A stretch of DNA of 64,000 nt from Candidatus Krumholzibacteriia bacterium (GTDB taxonomy: Bacteria > Krumholzibacteriota > Krumholzibacteriia > JAJRXK01): assembly GCA_041484665.1 (NCBI GenBank), contig JBGPIA010000002.1, forward strand, positions 608,001-672,000, in the 5' to 3' direction. Of this stretch, positions 27,628-37,282 are shown piece after piece. The number at the start of each line of letters is the position of its first letter. Position 1 is the first letter of the stretch. The notes beneath the pieces are model-generated. The model searched no databases. It worked only from the letters and a program-made list of their open reading frames with translations, and was not told where the DNA came from. The position numbers were made by a program, and so were the translations under genes.

Positions 27628-27733
27628 CGGACGCTCCTGAGACAGTGCGCGGGCGCTCCAAGAGCGCGCCACGGAGTTCGGCTCGACGCAAGCGCGGCGT
27701 GATCCTGCTGGATCCCCGGCGCTCCGTCGCAGC

Positions 27734-28846
27734 TCACGTCGCTCCAGCCGCCGCCGGCCGGGCCAACCCCGGACGCCGTAGGACCCACTCGAGGTCCTCA
27801 CCCACCCGCCGCACCCGGACGGTCTCGTAGCGCCGCTCGGGGCCTGGGTAGGAGCCCAGGGCCGGGCCGTCGCCGCCCAGCAGCGCCGGGGCCCACAAAA
27901 GATGCACGCGATGGGGCGCGCCCGCTGCCAGCAATGCGCCGGCCAGGGTGGCCCCGCCCTCCACGAGGACGACCCCCAGCCCGCGCACCGCGAGCTGCTG
28001 GAGGACCCCCGCCCAGTCCAGGCGGCCCCGATCGTCCACCGCACAACGCTGGACTTCGTGCCCCGCCTTCGCAAGGTCCGAAGCCCGCTGCGCGGAGGCC
28101 AGCGGGCTCGCCAGCAGCAGCGAGCCCTTCGGGAGCTGCCGCGGCGCGAGCTGCAGCCGGGCGTCCAGCACCACCGGCCGCGGCTGGCGCGCACCGGAGA
28201 TGCCGCGCGCTGTGAGCCGCGGGTGGTCCAGCTCGATCGTCCTCCAGCCGACGACCACGCAACTGGACAGTGCGCGCATCCAGTGGACGCGCCGGTGCGC
28301 GCGCTCGCCGGTGATCCGGCGCAGGGCCGGCTCGGGCGCGGGGCCAGCTTGGCGTGCCAGGCGGCCGTCCGCCGAGAGCGCCAGCTTGAGTGTGACGTGC
28401 GGGACCTGCCCCCCGTCCGTCTCGAAGAAGGGATGGTTGAGCTCCCAGGCGGCCCCGGCGAGCACACCCTCGCGGATCTCCAGGCCGGCGCGGCGCAGCG
28501 CAGCGCCGCCGCCGCCCGCCACGCGCGGGTTGCTGTCGCGCGTGGCGAACACGACGCGCGTGACCCCCGCAGCCAGGATCGCCTGCGTGCAGGGCGGCGT
28601 CAGGCCGAAGTGGTTGCAGGGCTCCAACGCGACGTAGAGCGTGGCGCCGCGGGAGCGCTCGCCCGCCGCGCGCAGCGCTGCAACTTCGGCGTGGGGCTGG
28701 CCGGCCGCGGCATGGAACCCGTCGCCCACCAACACCCCGTCGCGCACGACGCATGCGCCCACCGTCGGATTGGGCCAGGTGGCCCCGCGCTGGCGGCGGG
28801 CCAGGTGCAACGCTCGCCGCATCCAGTGGGCATCGTCAGCAGCCAT
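27734..28846 (-). CDS. ribD: Riboflavin biosynthesis deaminase/reductase RibD
   Basis: ATG 28846. PNPTVG, HAE, LEPCNHFGLTPPC, KLALSADG, VLVEGG. Confidence 0.95.
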   Translation of the reverse strand: MAADDAHWMRRALHLARRQRGATWPNPTVGACVVRDGVLVGDGFHAAAGQPHAEVAALRAAGERSRGATLYVALEPCNHFGLTPPCTQAILAAGVTRVVFATRDSNPRVAGGGGAALRRAGLEIREGVLAGAAWELNHPFFETDGGQVPHVTLKLALSADGRLARQAGPAPEPALRRITGERAHRRVHWMRALSSCVVVGWRTIELDHPRLTARGISGARQPRPVVLDARLQLAPRQLPKGSLLLASPLASAQRASDLAKAGHEVQRCAVDDRGRLDWAGVLQQLAVRGLGVVLVEGGATLAGALLAAGAPHRVHLLWAPALLGGDGPALGSYPGPERRYETVRVRRVGEDLEWVLRRPGLARPAAAGAT

Positions 28847-28898
28847 GGGATCTCGCCTCAGGCACGGACGCAACACGACGGCGCGCGGGTGGCGCGCC

Positions 28899-29873
28899 TC
28901 AGGCATCCCCCGCCGCGGGCTCCTGCTCGCGCGGGTCGAACAGCGCGCGCGCGAAGGCCTCGGCGTCGAACGGTGCCAGGTCATCGAGGCCCTCCCCCGT
29001 GCCCACGTAGCGTACGGGAAGGCCCAGCGCCTGGGCGATCGCCACGACCACACCGCCCTTGGCCGACCCATCGAGCTTGGTGAGGACGATGCCCGTCAGC
29101 TGCGCTGCCTGTGTGAACTCGCGCGCCTGCGGGATGCCGTTCTGCCCCGTCGTCGCGTCAAGGCACAGCAGCGTCTCGTGGGGAGCCCCCTCCACCTGGC
29201 GCGCGCAGACGCGGGCGATCTTCTCCAGCTCGCGCATCAGGTTGTCCTTGGTCTGCAGCCGGCCCGCGGTATCGATGATCACCACGTCGTGCCCGCGCGC
29301 CTGGGCGCTGCCCAGCGCATCGAAGGCCACCGCGGCCGGATCGGAACCCATGCTCTGCCGGATCAAGTCGGCGCCGGCGCGCTGCGCCCAGGTGGCGAGC
29401 TGGTCGATGGCCGCGGCGCGGAAGGTGTCGGCGGCAGCGAGCAGCACGCGACGCCCCTGGGCGTGGTGGAGGTGGGCGAGCTTGGCAATGGTGGTGGTCT
29501 TGCCGGCGCCGTTGACTCCGACCACGAGGATCACGTGGGGCGGTCCGCCCAGCGCCTGCGGCACCGCGCCGTCGGCGCGTGATGCCGCACCGTCGGCGCG
29601 CAGCAGCGCCACGATGTCCAAGCGCAGCACCTCGGTCACCGACGCCAGGGTGGCGCGGCCGCCCTGCTCGCGCAGGCGGCGGCCGAGACTGCCCACAAGC
29701 AGATCGGTCGCCTCCACGCCCACGTCTGCGGCCAGCAGGATCTCCCCCACCTCCTCGAGGAAGTCCTCGCCCAGGTGCACCTCGCGCCGGATCGCCGCGC
29801 CAATGCGGCCCAGCACTTGATCGCGCGTCTTGGCCAGGCCCCGCCGCAGCTTGGCGAGCGCGCCGAGCACCAA
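28899..29873 (-). CDS. ftsY: Signal recognition particle receptor FtsY
   Basis: GVNGAGKTTTIAKLA, DTFRAAA, DTAGR, TKLDGSAKGG. Confidence 0.97.
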   Translation of the reverse strand: MVLGALAKLRRGLAKTRDQVLGRIGAAIRREVHLGEDFLEEVGEILLAADVGVEATDLLVGSLGRRLREQGGRATLASVTEVLRLDIVALLRADGAASRADGAVPQALGGPPHVILVVGVNGAGKTTTIAKLAHLHHAQGRRVLLAAADTFRAAAIDQLATWAQRAGADLIRQSMGSDPAAVAFDALGSAQARGHDVVIIDTAGRLQTKDNLMRELEKIARVCARQVEGAPHETLLCLDATTGQNGIPQAREFTQAAQLTGIVLTKLDGSAKGGVVVAIAQALGLPVRYVGTGEGLDDLAPFDAEAFARALFDPREQEPAAGDA

Positions 29874-29876
29874 CGG

Positions 29877-32800
29877 TTACGCCTCCCCCGAGAGCGCCCG
29901 CAGCGGCGCAGCAATCGCGGAAACGGCCGGCGCGGTCAGGGCGCCCGCCTCAGGCGCGCCAATCTCCGCCGCCGCGGCAGCCCCCGCGCCGGCGGCCTCC
30001 TGGACGCGGCGGCGCGCCGTGTCCCGCAGCGCCTGCAGCGGATCGTCGGTATCGACCTCCTCGAAGCTCACCGAAACCAGCCTGCTCACGCCGCTCTCCT
30101 CCATGGTCACGCCGTAGAGATGATCGGCCGCTTCCATGGTGAGCTTGTTGTGAGTGATGACGATGAACTGCGTGCGGTCGGCGAACCGCTCCAGCAGGCG
30201 CACGAAGCGCTTCACGTTCACGTCGTCCAGCGGAGCGTCCACCTCGTCGAGCAGGCAGAAGGGGCTGGGCTTGATGAGATAGACCGCGAACAAGAGCGCG
30301 ATGGCGGTCAGCGCGCGCTCGCCGCCCGACAGCAGAGCCACCGAGTCGACCTTCTTGCCGCGCGGCCGCGCGTGGATGAGGATGTCGCTCTCGAGGGGGT
30401 CGTCGTTGCTGACCAGCTCCAGATCGGCCTCGCCACCCTCGAACAGGGTGGAGAAGATCTCCCTGAAGTTGTTGCGCACCTTGTCGAAGGTCTCGCGGAA
30501 CATCTGGCGCGCCGTGCGGTTGATCCGGTCGATGGCCTGCAGCAGGTCCGCCTTGCTTGCCAGCAGATCGTCGCGCTGCTTCTCCAGGAACTCCAGGCGC
30601 GACTTCTTGGCCTCGTACTCCTCGAGCGCCGTGAAGTTCACCGGGCCGAGCTTCTCGATGCGGTCCCGCCGGTCGGCCAGCAGCTCCTCCACCTGCTGCA
30701 CCGGATAGCTCCCGCTGTCCACGATCAGCTCCGGCGGCAGCTGCTCGGGCTGGATGGTCGCCAGACCTTGCTCGATCGTGGTCTGGAACTTCTCCTGGAT
30801 CCGCTCCTGCGTGTTTTGCAGCGTGAGCGCAGCGCGCGTCTCCTGCTGCTGTAGCTCGTGCAGCGCGTCGGACTTGGCGCGCTGGCGCTCGGCGATGACG
30901 CGCATGGCGTCCTGCGCCGCCTCCAGCTGCTGGCGCTGCGCGTCGATGGCCTCGCGCGCCTGCCGCAGCAGCTCGCCCCGCTCCTCCCGTTGCTGGAAGA
31001 GGCCTGCCAGCGCCCCCTCGCGCTCCTGGATCGTCCGCAGCCACGTCTCCAGGTCGACGGCCAGCCCGGCCGACTCCTCGACGCGACGGTGGATCAGCTC
31101 GGCGAGCTCGGCCTCCATGGCCTGCAGGCGCGCCGTACGGCTGATCAGCTCGCGCTCTACGCCCTGGTGGTGCGAGAGCGTCAGGCGCAGCTCGCCCAGG
31201 CGGGTGAGCGCCTCTTCACGCTCGCGCTCCAAGCGAGTGACGTCCTGTGCCAGCTGGTTCACCCGCTCCTGGGACGCCTGCTGGTCCTCGCCGTGCCGCC
31301 CCAAGCTGGCGCGCAGCTCGCCCAGGCGCGCCTCGACCTGCGCGAGCTCCAGGCGCACCTCGTCGGCGCGACCGCCCAGCTCTGCGCACGCCTGCTCCTC
31401 GCGCTCCAGCTGCTCGTGGCGCGCTGCCAGGTCGCGCACCGCCTCGGCCGACTCCAGCTCGGTCTGCTGCAGACGGGCCAGCGCCGAGCCCGCGTCTCGC
31501 CGCGCGCCGTCACGTGCCTCCTCGGTGGCGTGCAAGGCCACAAGGCGATGCTGCAGCCCATCGCGCAGCTGCTGCACGGTGCTCGTGAGGAGGGCAACCT
31601 GCTCCTGGCGACCGAACAGGGACAGCTCGCGGCGCGCACCCGAGCCTCCGCGCACCAGGCCGTCGTGACGCACCAGCAGTCCTTCGCGCGCCAGGAAGCT
31701 GAAGCCCGCCCCGGCGTGGGCGACGGCCGCGCGCGCCGCCTCCTCGGCGGTGTCCACCACACGGACACGCGAGAGCCAGCGCGCCACGTGCTGGCGCGCG
31801 GGTCCGTCAGCCTTGGCCAGCGTGTGCGCCGGCCGCCCGGGCACTGCGGCATCCTCGTCCGCGGCGGCGGGGCCGCCATGCAGGTCCACCAGGAAGCTGC
31901 AGCGCCCCAGATCCTCGCGCGCCAGCAGCCCGGCCAGGTCGCGCGCCTCGTCGAGCCGGTCCACCAGCAGTGCATCGGCGTCCTCGCCGAACAGCAGCTC
32001 GAACGCCGACTCCCAACCCGGCTCGATGCGCACCTGCTCGGCGAGCGCCCCGCGCACGCGCCGCCGGGTGGTCTCGGCCTTGAGCAGGCGGGCGGTACCC
32101 GTGCGGTAGCCTTCGTACTCCTTGGCGATGCGCTGGGCGATCTCGAGCCGGCTCTCCGCGCGCGCCAGCTCGTCGTTGGCAGCCGCGCGCGCCTCCAGCG
32201 CCTGCTCGAGCTGCTCCTCGGCCTGCGCCTCCGCTCGCTGCGCCGCTGCCAGCTCCTGCTCCAGCTGCGTGCGGCGCCGGGCGATCTCCGCGCCGCGGGC
32301 CACTGCCGTGGCGCGCGCCTCGTCGTGGCGCGCGCGGCGCGCGCTGGCGTCGGCGAGCTGCGCCGCGATGCCGTCGCGCCGCTCGCACAGGGCGTGCAGT
32401 CGCGCCTGGACGGCGGCCACTTCGCTCTTGTGCTCGGCCTCCTCCTGCAGGAAGCCCAAGGAGAGCTGCTGCGCCCGCGCCAACGCGGCCCGCACCTCGT
32501 CGTGACGGCGTGTCGCCGCGCGCAGCTCCTCGTCCATGGACTGGGCCTGCCGATCCTGGACCGCCAGGTCCTCCGTGAGCGCCGCGCGCTCGGCCAGCGC
32601 CGCCTCGTGCTCGGCCGCGAGCTGCGCCGCGCGCTCGCGCGCCCGCGCCAGCTCCGCGGCGATCTCCTCGCCGCGCCGCCCGCCGCTGTCGGCTTTCTCG
32701 CGCAGCACGAGGATCTCGCCCTGCGTCTGCGCCAGGGCGGCCTCGACTTTCGTGAGCTCGTGCTCGCGAGCGCGGCGCTGCGCCTCGAGCTCGTCGATCT

Positions 32801-33623
32801 CAGGCCGCATCTGCTCCACGCGCACGCGCTGGCGCGCCAGCTCGGCGTCGTCGCCCACGTCCTCGGCGCGCAGCTGCTGCGACCGATCCTGCAGCTGGGC
32901 CAGCTCGCGATGCAGTTCGCGGGAGAGATGGTCGGCGCGGATGAGCTCCAGCGCGCGCAGCTCGCCGAACAGGCGCTGGTGGCGCCGCGCCTTGCCCACC
33001 TGCCGGGCCAGGCTGCGCACCTGCGTGGCGATCTCCTCGATGATGTCCTCGACGCGCAGCAGGTCGCGCTCGGTCTGCTCGAGCTTCCGCAGCGCCTCCT
33101 TGCGCTTGACCTTGTAGCGCACCACGCCGGAGCCCTCCTCGAGGATGGTGCGCACCTTGTCCTCGGAGGGGCTCAGCACCTGCCCCACGACCTCCTGCTC
33201 GATGATGGAGTAGGCATTGTTTCCCACGCCGGTATCGTAGAAGAGGTCCTTGATGTCCTTGAGGCGGCAGGGCGCCTTGTTGAGGAAGTAGTCGCTCACG
33301 CCCTCGCGGGTGACGCGGCGGCTGATCGCGACCTCGCTGAACGGCACGCGCAGCTCGCCAGCGATGTCGTCGAACACCAGGCTCACCTCGGCCACCGACA
33401 GCGGCTTGCGCTTCTGCGTGCCCTTGAAAATCACGTCGTCCATGCGCTCGCCGCGCAGCTGCTTGGCGCTCTGCTCGCCCAGCACCCAGCGCACAGCGTC
33501 GACCACGTTGCTCTTGCCGCAGCCGTTGGGCCCCAGAATCGTGGTGACCCCCGTGCGGAAGTCCAGCACGGTGCGGTCCATGAACGACTTGAAGCCGATC
33601 AGCTCCACCCGTCTCAGTCGCAC
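29877..33623 (-). CDS. smc: Chromosome segregation protein SMC
   Basis: GFKSF, GPNGCGKSN (Walker A), long coiled coils with hinge, LSGGE signature, LLDEVDAPLD (Walker B). Confidence 0.97.
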   Translation of the reverse strand: MRLRRVELIGFKSFMDRTVLDFRTGVTTILGPNGCGKSNVVDAVRWVLGEQSAKQLRGERMDDVIFKGTQKRKPLSVAEVSLVFDDIAGELRVPFSEVAISRRVTREGVSDYFLNKAPCRLKDIKDLFYDTGVGNNAYSIIEQEVVGQVLSPSEDKVRTILEEGSGVVRYKVKRKEALRKLEQTERDLLRVEDIIEEIATQVRSLARQVGKARRHQRLFGELRALELIRADHLSRELHRELAQLQDRSQQLRAEDVGDDAELARQRVRVEQMRPEIDELEAQRRAREHELTKVEAALAQTQGEILVLREKADSGGRRGEEIAAELARARERAAQLAAEHEAALAERAALTEDLAVQDRQAQSMDEELRAATRRHDEVRAALARAQQLSLGFLQEEAEHKSEVAAVQARLHALCERRDGIAAQLADASARRARHDEARATAVARGAEIARRRTQLEQELAAAQRAEAQAEEQLEQALEARAAANDELARAESRLEIAQRIAKEYEGYRTGTARLLKAETTRRRVRGALAEQVRIEPGWESAFELLFGEDADALLVDRLDEARDLAGLLAREDLGRCSFLVDLHGGPAAADEDAAVPGRPAHTLAKADGPARQHVARWLSRVRVVDTAEEAARAAVAHAGAGFSFLAREGLLVRHDGLVRGGSGARRELSLFGRQEQVALLTSTVQQLRDGLQHRLVALHATEEARDGARRDAGSALARLQQTELESAEAVRDLAARHEQLEREEQACAELGGRADEVRLELAQVEARLGELRASLGRHGEDQQASQERVNQLAQDVTRLEREREEALTRLGELRLTLSHHQGVERELISRTARLQAMEAELAELIHRRVEESAGLAVDLETWLRTIQEREGALAGLFQQREERGELLRQAREAIDAQRQQLEAAQDAMRVIAERQRAKSDALHELQQQETRAALTLQNTQERIQEKFQTTIEQGLATIQPEQLPPELIVDSGSYPVQQVEELLADRRDRIEKLGPVNFTALEEYEAKKSRLEFLEKQRDDLLASKADLLQAIDRINRTARQMFRETFDKVRNNFREIFSTLFEGGEADLELVSNDDPLESDILIHARPRGKKVDSVALLSGGERALTAIALLFAVYLIKPSPFCLLDEVDAPLDDVNVKRFVRLLERFADRTQFIVITHNKLTMEAADHLYGVTMEESGVSRLVSVSFEEVDTDDPLQALRDTARRRVQEAAGAGAAAAAEIGAPEAGALTAPAVSAIAAPLRALSGEA

Positions 33624-33744
33624 GCCGTTCCTTCCTGCCAGTCGTGGTTGCCGCCCGGACGGCCCCGGCGCCGCGCGGCGGGGGGCTCGCGTTCCGCGCG
33701 CGCCGCATTCCCAGCGCAGCGCCTACCGCGCGCCGCGCCAGTCG

Positions 33745-35727
33745 CTACTCGATGCGCACGACGCCCACGAAGTCGACGTCGCGCCGCTGCGCGAGCAGCA
33801 CGCGCGCGGCCGTCGCCTGCTTGCGCGTCGGATACTCCCCCACCAGCACGCGGAACCAGCGCCGCCCGGAAACGAGCGCGCTGCGCACGGCGGGTTGCAT
33901 TCCCTCGTTGGCCAGCTTCACCGAGGCCGCCACCGCCTCCATCGAGTCTGGGAAGCTCCACAGGTGCAGCGCATAGCCCTGCCCCGGCGCGAGCTTGAGC
34001 AGCTGCTCGAGCACCGAACGCTCCGCCTCAGAGAGCGTGCTGGCCGGCCCGTTGGGGGCGCGGGACGCGGCCGCGGATCCGTCGGCCGCCGTCTGGGCCG
34101 CGCTGGAGATGGACGACGCTGCGGCCCCGGTCGCCGTAGATGGCCCGGAGGGGGTGGCCGGCGCGGAGTTCGCACTGCTCGCTGCGGGCGCCGGGCTTGC
34201 CGGCGCGGCCGCGGCGCCCGCCCCCCCTGGCGCGGCGTCGGCTCCCTTCGCGCTTGCCGGTGTGCCGGCCGGTGGCTTGGGGATCTCCTCCTCGGGGAAC
34301 GCTTCCTCGGCGTCGTGGGCGCGCGACGCGGGTCCCGCGACCTCGGGGCCCGCAGCCTCCCCCTCGGAGCCCTGCGCCTGCGCCTCGGCTCCGGGCGGGG
34401 GCGACGCGGTCTCGCCGCCGGCGGCCGGCGCCTGCGGGCCCACGACCCGCGTGGCCGACGGCTGCGTGCCTGCGGTCCTGTGCCCGCCGCGCTCCACGAG
34501 CATCCACCACCCGACGAAGCTCAGCAGGAGCATGGCCATCGCGAGAGTCAGCACGCGGAAGAAGGGGCTCGACGCCGCCGGCTTCCGCGCTGGCGCGGGG
34601 TGCCCGTCGGAGGAGACCGGGCCCTCGCTGGCCGGCTCCCCGAGCTCGGCGTGCGCACCGCTGCGCGGCCTAAACGGCGGCGTGGCGTGACCGGCATCGC
34701 CCGGGGCGGCATCCGCTGCGGTGTCCGCCGCGGCGTCGACTGCAGCTGCTCGCGGGTGCGCGCGCGGCTCGGCCTGCAGCGGTGCTTTGCCCGCAGACCG
34801 GTCGTCTGCGTCGGCGAACGCCTCGGCCGATGCCAGAGTCGCACCGAACGCGGAGCGCGGCGCCTGCGCGCGCGCTGCGCCAGGCGTCAGGTCGGGTGAC
34901 GCCGCCGGGGGCGCCGGACGCGCCGGGCGCGTGAACGCTACGACGCCCTGCAGCGGGATGCTGAGCCCACGCAGGTAGCGAACGGTGGGCTCGAGCAGCT
35001 CCTCGGATGGATCGCGCAACGTGACCGCCAGCAGGACACCGTCGACGTAGGCGAACAGCGGATTGTAGGTGCCGTCCGCCAGGCGCGTCGGGGCGACCAG
35101 CAGCACGAACGCGGCAAAGGCACGCAGCTGCGCCAACGCATGGCGGAGCTCGTCGTCGCTGCAAGGATCGCCCTCATCTGGCCAGAACGACCCCACGCCC
35201 ACCAGGCCCACGCCCTGGATCCCCACGTCCTGCGTGCTCGAGCGCAGGGAGGCGCCGTAGCGGGCCATGTCGATCAGGCCCACGTGGTCCTCCTGCCCCA
35301 GCGCGGCGCTCAGGTGCCCTTGGCGGAAATCGGCATCCACCAACAGCACGCGGTGCTGCGCCCCGGCTAGCAGGCGGGCGATCTGCGCGGCCACGAATGC
35401 GCGCGCCTGCGCGGTGGGCTGGTCGTCGCCGACCAGGAGCACGCACCCGTGGCCGGGCTGTGGCGCGAGGCGCAGCCCCTGCGCAACGCGGCGCAGCTCG
35501 CTGCCCAGAGCCTCGTCGCGCAGCGCCGCCGCGCCACCCAACCGATCCGGCCCCACCGGCGAGTAGACGAGCGGGTAGAAGCCGTCCTCGCCATTGGAGA
35601 GCAGGTCGCGGATGCGGACCTGCTCGGAACCGTCGGGCAGGGAGGGCCCGGACTGCGGCGTGGGCGGCGTTGTGCCCTGCGCATGCCCGGCGTCGCGCTG
35701 CAGCCCGGAGTCCCGCGGTCCGTTCAT
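33745..35727 (-). CDS. Membrane protein: degenerate BY-kinase/MinD-like P-loop domain + TM + C-terminal SPOR domain
   Basis: N-terminal HRVLLVDADFR, VDGVLLAV, LQGVV; TM FFRVLTLAMAMLLLSFVGWWML; Ala/Pro-rich linkers; C-terminal YALHLWSF..WFRVLVGEYPTRKQA (SPOR). Confidence 0.8.
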   Translation of the reverse strand: MNGPRDSGLQRDAGHAQGTTPPTPQSGPSLPDGSEQVRIRDLLSNGEDGFYPLVYSPVGPDRLGGAAALRDEALGSELRRVAQGLRLAPQPGHGCVLLVGDDQPTAQARAFVAAQIARLLAGAQHRVLLVDADFRQGHLSAALGQEDHVGLIDMARYGASLRSSTQDVGIQGVGLVGVGSFWPDEGDPCSDDELRHALAQLRAFAAFVLLVAPTRLADGTYNPLFAYVDGVLLAVTLRDPSEELLEPTVRYLRGLSIPLQGVVAFTRPARPAPPAASPDLTPGAARAQAPRSAFGATLASAEAFADADDRSAGKAPLQAEPRAHPRAAAVDAAADTAADAAPGDAGHATPPFRPRSGAHAELGEPASEGPVSSDGHPAPARKPAASSPFFRVLTLAMAMLLLSFVGWWMLVERGGHRTAGTQPSATRVVGPQAPAAGGETASPPPGAEAQAQGSEGEAAGPEVAGPASRAHDAEEAFPEEEIPKPPAGTPASAKGADAAPGGAGAAAAPASPAPAASSANSAPATPSGPSTATGAAASSISSAAQTAADGSAAASRAPNGPASTLSEAERSVLEQLLKLAPGQGYALHLWSFPDSMEAVAASVKLANEGMQPAVRSALVSGRRWFRVLVGEYPTRKQATAARVLLAQRRDVDFVGVVRIE

Positions 35728-37157
35728 GGAGTGGCCTCCCAGCCGCGCCAGATCTCGTGGATGCGTGTGCCGATCTGCACGAGCTCCTCCTCCGACGGCG
35801 TCCGCACGTCGACGCGCACCGCGCCGCCGCCGATCCGCGTCAGGACGTGCGGCGGATCGCGCCGCAGCGCGTGGTGCAAGCGCTCCGCGTCCTGCGCGAC
35901 CGGCCCCGCCACGGCCACTTCGATGCCGGGCAGCGGCTGCTCCGCGAAGCTGCCCCCACCCACGGCGCCCACCGACCGCTCGACCGCCACGCTCCAGCCC
36001 GCGGGCAGCGCGGGCGCGAGCGCCGCGGCAAGACGCCGGGCGCGCCGCCGCAGCACCGTCGCCGTGAGGGCCAGGGCGTCGAAGAGGGGCAGGTCCGGGC
36101 GGCGGTCCGGGGCTGCATACGCGACGAGCGTCGCCTCGAGCGCCGCCAGGGTGAGCTTGTCGACGCGCAGGGCCCGCATCATCGGGTGCTGCGCGAGGCG
36201 CGCGACGAGGGTGGCTTCACCGATCAACAGCCCGGCCTGCGGGCCGCCCAGGAGCTTGTCGCCGCTGAAGGTGACCAGGTGCGCCCCCGCGGCCAGCGCC
36301 GAGGCAAGGGGCGCCTCCCCCGTCAGTCCGAACTCCGCGAAGTTATAGAGGGATCCGCTCCCGGCGTCAAAGATCAATCGCGCGCCGCGCTCCCGGCACA
36401 GGCGCGCGAGGCCGGCGAGCTCGACCTCCTCCACGTAACCCTCGATGCGGTAATTGCTCGGGTGGACCTTGACCGCCACGTCGCCGTCCCGCAGCGCCGC
36501 GGCGTAGTCGGACAGGCGTGTCCGGTTGGTCGTGCCGACCTCGACTACGTTGGCGCGGGTGGCGCGCAGCAAATCGGGCATGCGGAAGCTGCCGCCGATG
36601 GCCACCAGCTCTCCGCGGGAGATCACCGCGCGGCGGCCGCTGGCGAGACCCTGCACGGCGAGCCACAGCGCGGCCGCGTTGTTGTTCACCACCAGACCGG
36701 CCTGCGCGCCGGTGAGCAGGCAGAGCCAGCGCTCCACGCGGTCGTGGCGGCGCCCACGCTCGCCGTGCTGCAGGTCGATCTCCAGTGCGACGGGCGCGCG
36801 CGCCACCCGCACCAACTCGTCGACCGCCATCGGCGAGAGGCACGCGCGGCCCAGATTCGTGTGCAGGACTACGCCGGTGGCATTGATGGTGTTGACGAGC
36901 TTGGGCGTCCGCAACTGCTCGGCAGCCTCTCGCACGCGCAGCTCGACGGCGCGCAGCAGAGCCGCTCGCGCGGGAGGATCCTGCCCGTAGCGTTGCCGCA
37001 GCCCCTTGCCGTGCGCGAGGAGCTCCCGCTCCTGTGCGAGCGCTTCGCGGGCGAGCGCCACCACGATCTCGCGCCGGAGGCGGCGGCAGAGCCCCCGGAC
37101 AGCCTGGCGAGCGAGGACTTCGTTGAGGGGCGGGAGGTTCCGCCCGGGATGGCTCAT
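35724..37157 (-). CDS. selA: L-seryl-tRNA(Sec) selenium transferase
   Basis: ATG 37157. INATGVVLHTNLGRA, VNNNAAA, SRGELVAIGGSFR, EVGTTNRT, FSGDKLLGGPQAG (PLP lysine). Confidence 0.95.
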   Translation of the reverse strand: MSHPGRNLPPLNEVLARQAVRGLCRRLRREIVVALAREALAQERELLAHGKGLRQRYGQDPPARAALLRAVELRVREAAEQLRTPKLVNTINATGVVLHTNLGRACLSPMAVDELVRVARAPVALEIDLQHGERGRRHDRVERWLCLLTGAQAGLVVNNNAAALWLAVQGLASGRRAVISRGELVAIGGSFRMPDLLRATRANVVEVGTTNRTRLSDYAAALRDGDVAVKVHPSNYRIEGYVEEVELAGLARLCRERGARLIFDAGSGSLYNFAEFGLTGEAPLASALAAGAHLVTFSGDKLLGGPQAGLLIGEATLVARLAQHPMMRALRVDKLTLAALEATLVAYAAPDRRPDLPLFDALALTATVLRRRARRLAAALAPALPAGWSVAVERSVGAVGGGSFAEQPLPGIEVAVAGPVAQDAERLHHALRRDPPHVLTRIGGGAVRVDVRTPSEEELVQIGTRIHEIWRGWEATP

Positions 37158-37196
37158 GGTGCTTCTCTTGCTGAGCAGGCCGGACGAAGCGGCGCC

Positions 37197-37265
37197 ACCG
37201 TAGCATGCCGGCACACGAGCGTCAAATCGGGGCGCGTTGACGCAGCGCGGCGCGGCCGGTAGCTT
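37197..37265. promoter_or_regulatory. Back-to-back divergent sigma70 promoters (selA on -, tonB on +)
   Basis: Minus: TTGACG(37225-37220)-17-TACGGT(37202-37197) with TGn extension. Plus: TTGACG(37237-37242)-17-TAGCTT(37260-37265). Confidence 0.75.
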
Positions 37266-37282
37266 GCTCAGGGAAGCACTCA

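Noticed and set aside
27628..27733. FMN riboswitch in the rib operon (ribD-ribE gap or upstream of ribD)
   Set aside because: The conserved RFN motifs (AGGGCGGGGYGAAAUUCCC..) are absent, and the ftsY-ribD gap is only about 50 bp.
30858..33998. 1046-aa plus-strand ORF and other long antisense or alternate-frame ORFs (e.g. 5668-7929, 10753-12603, 20368-22974, 35397-37262, 54385-56871, 57739-59787)
   Set aside because: They are shadow ORFs of well-supported minus-strand genes; Arg/Ala/Pro-rich with no motifs, as expected at this GC content.
35724..37282. tRNA-Sec, SECIS or an in-frame UGA selenoprotein near selA
   Set aside because: None recognised; all identified genes appear full-length without needing UGA read-through.
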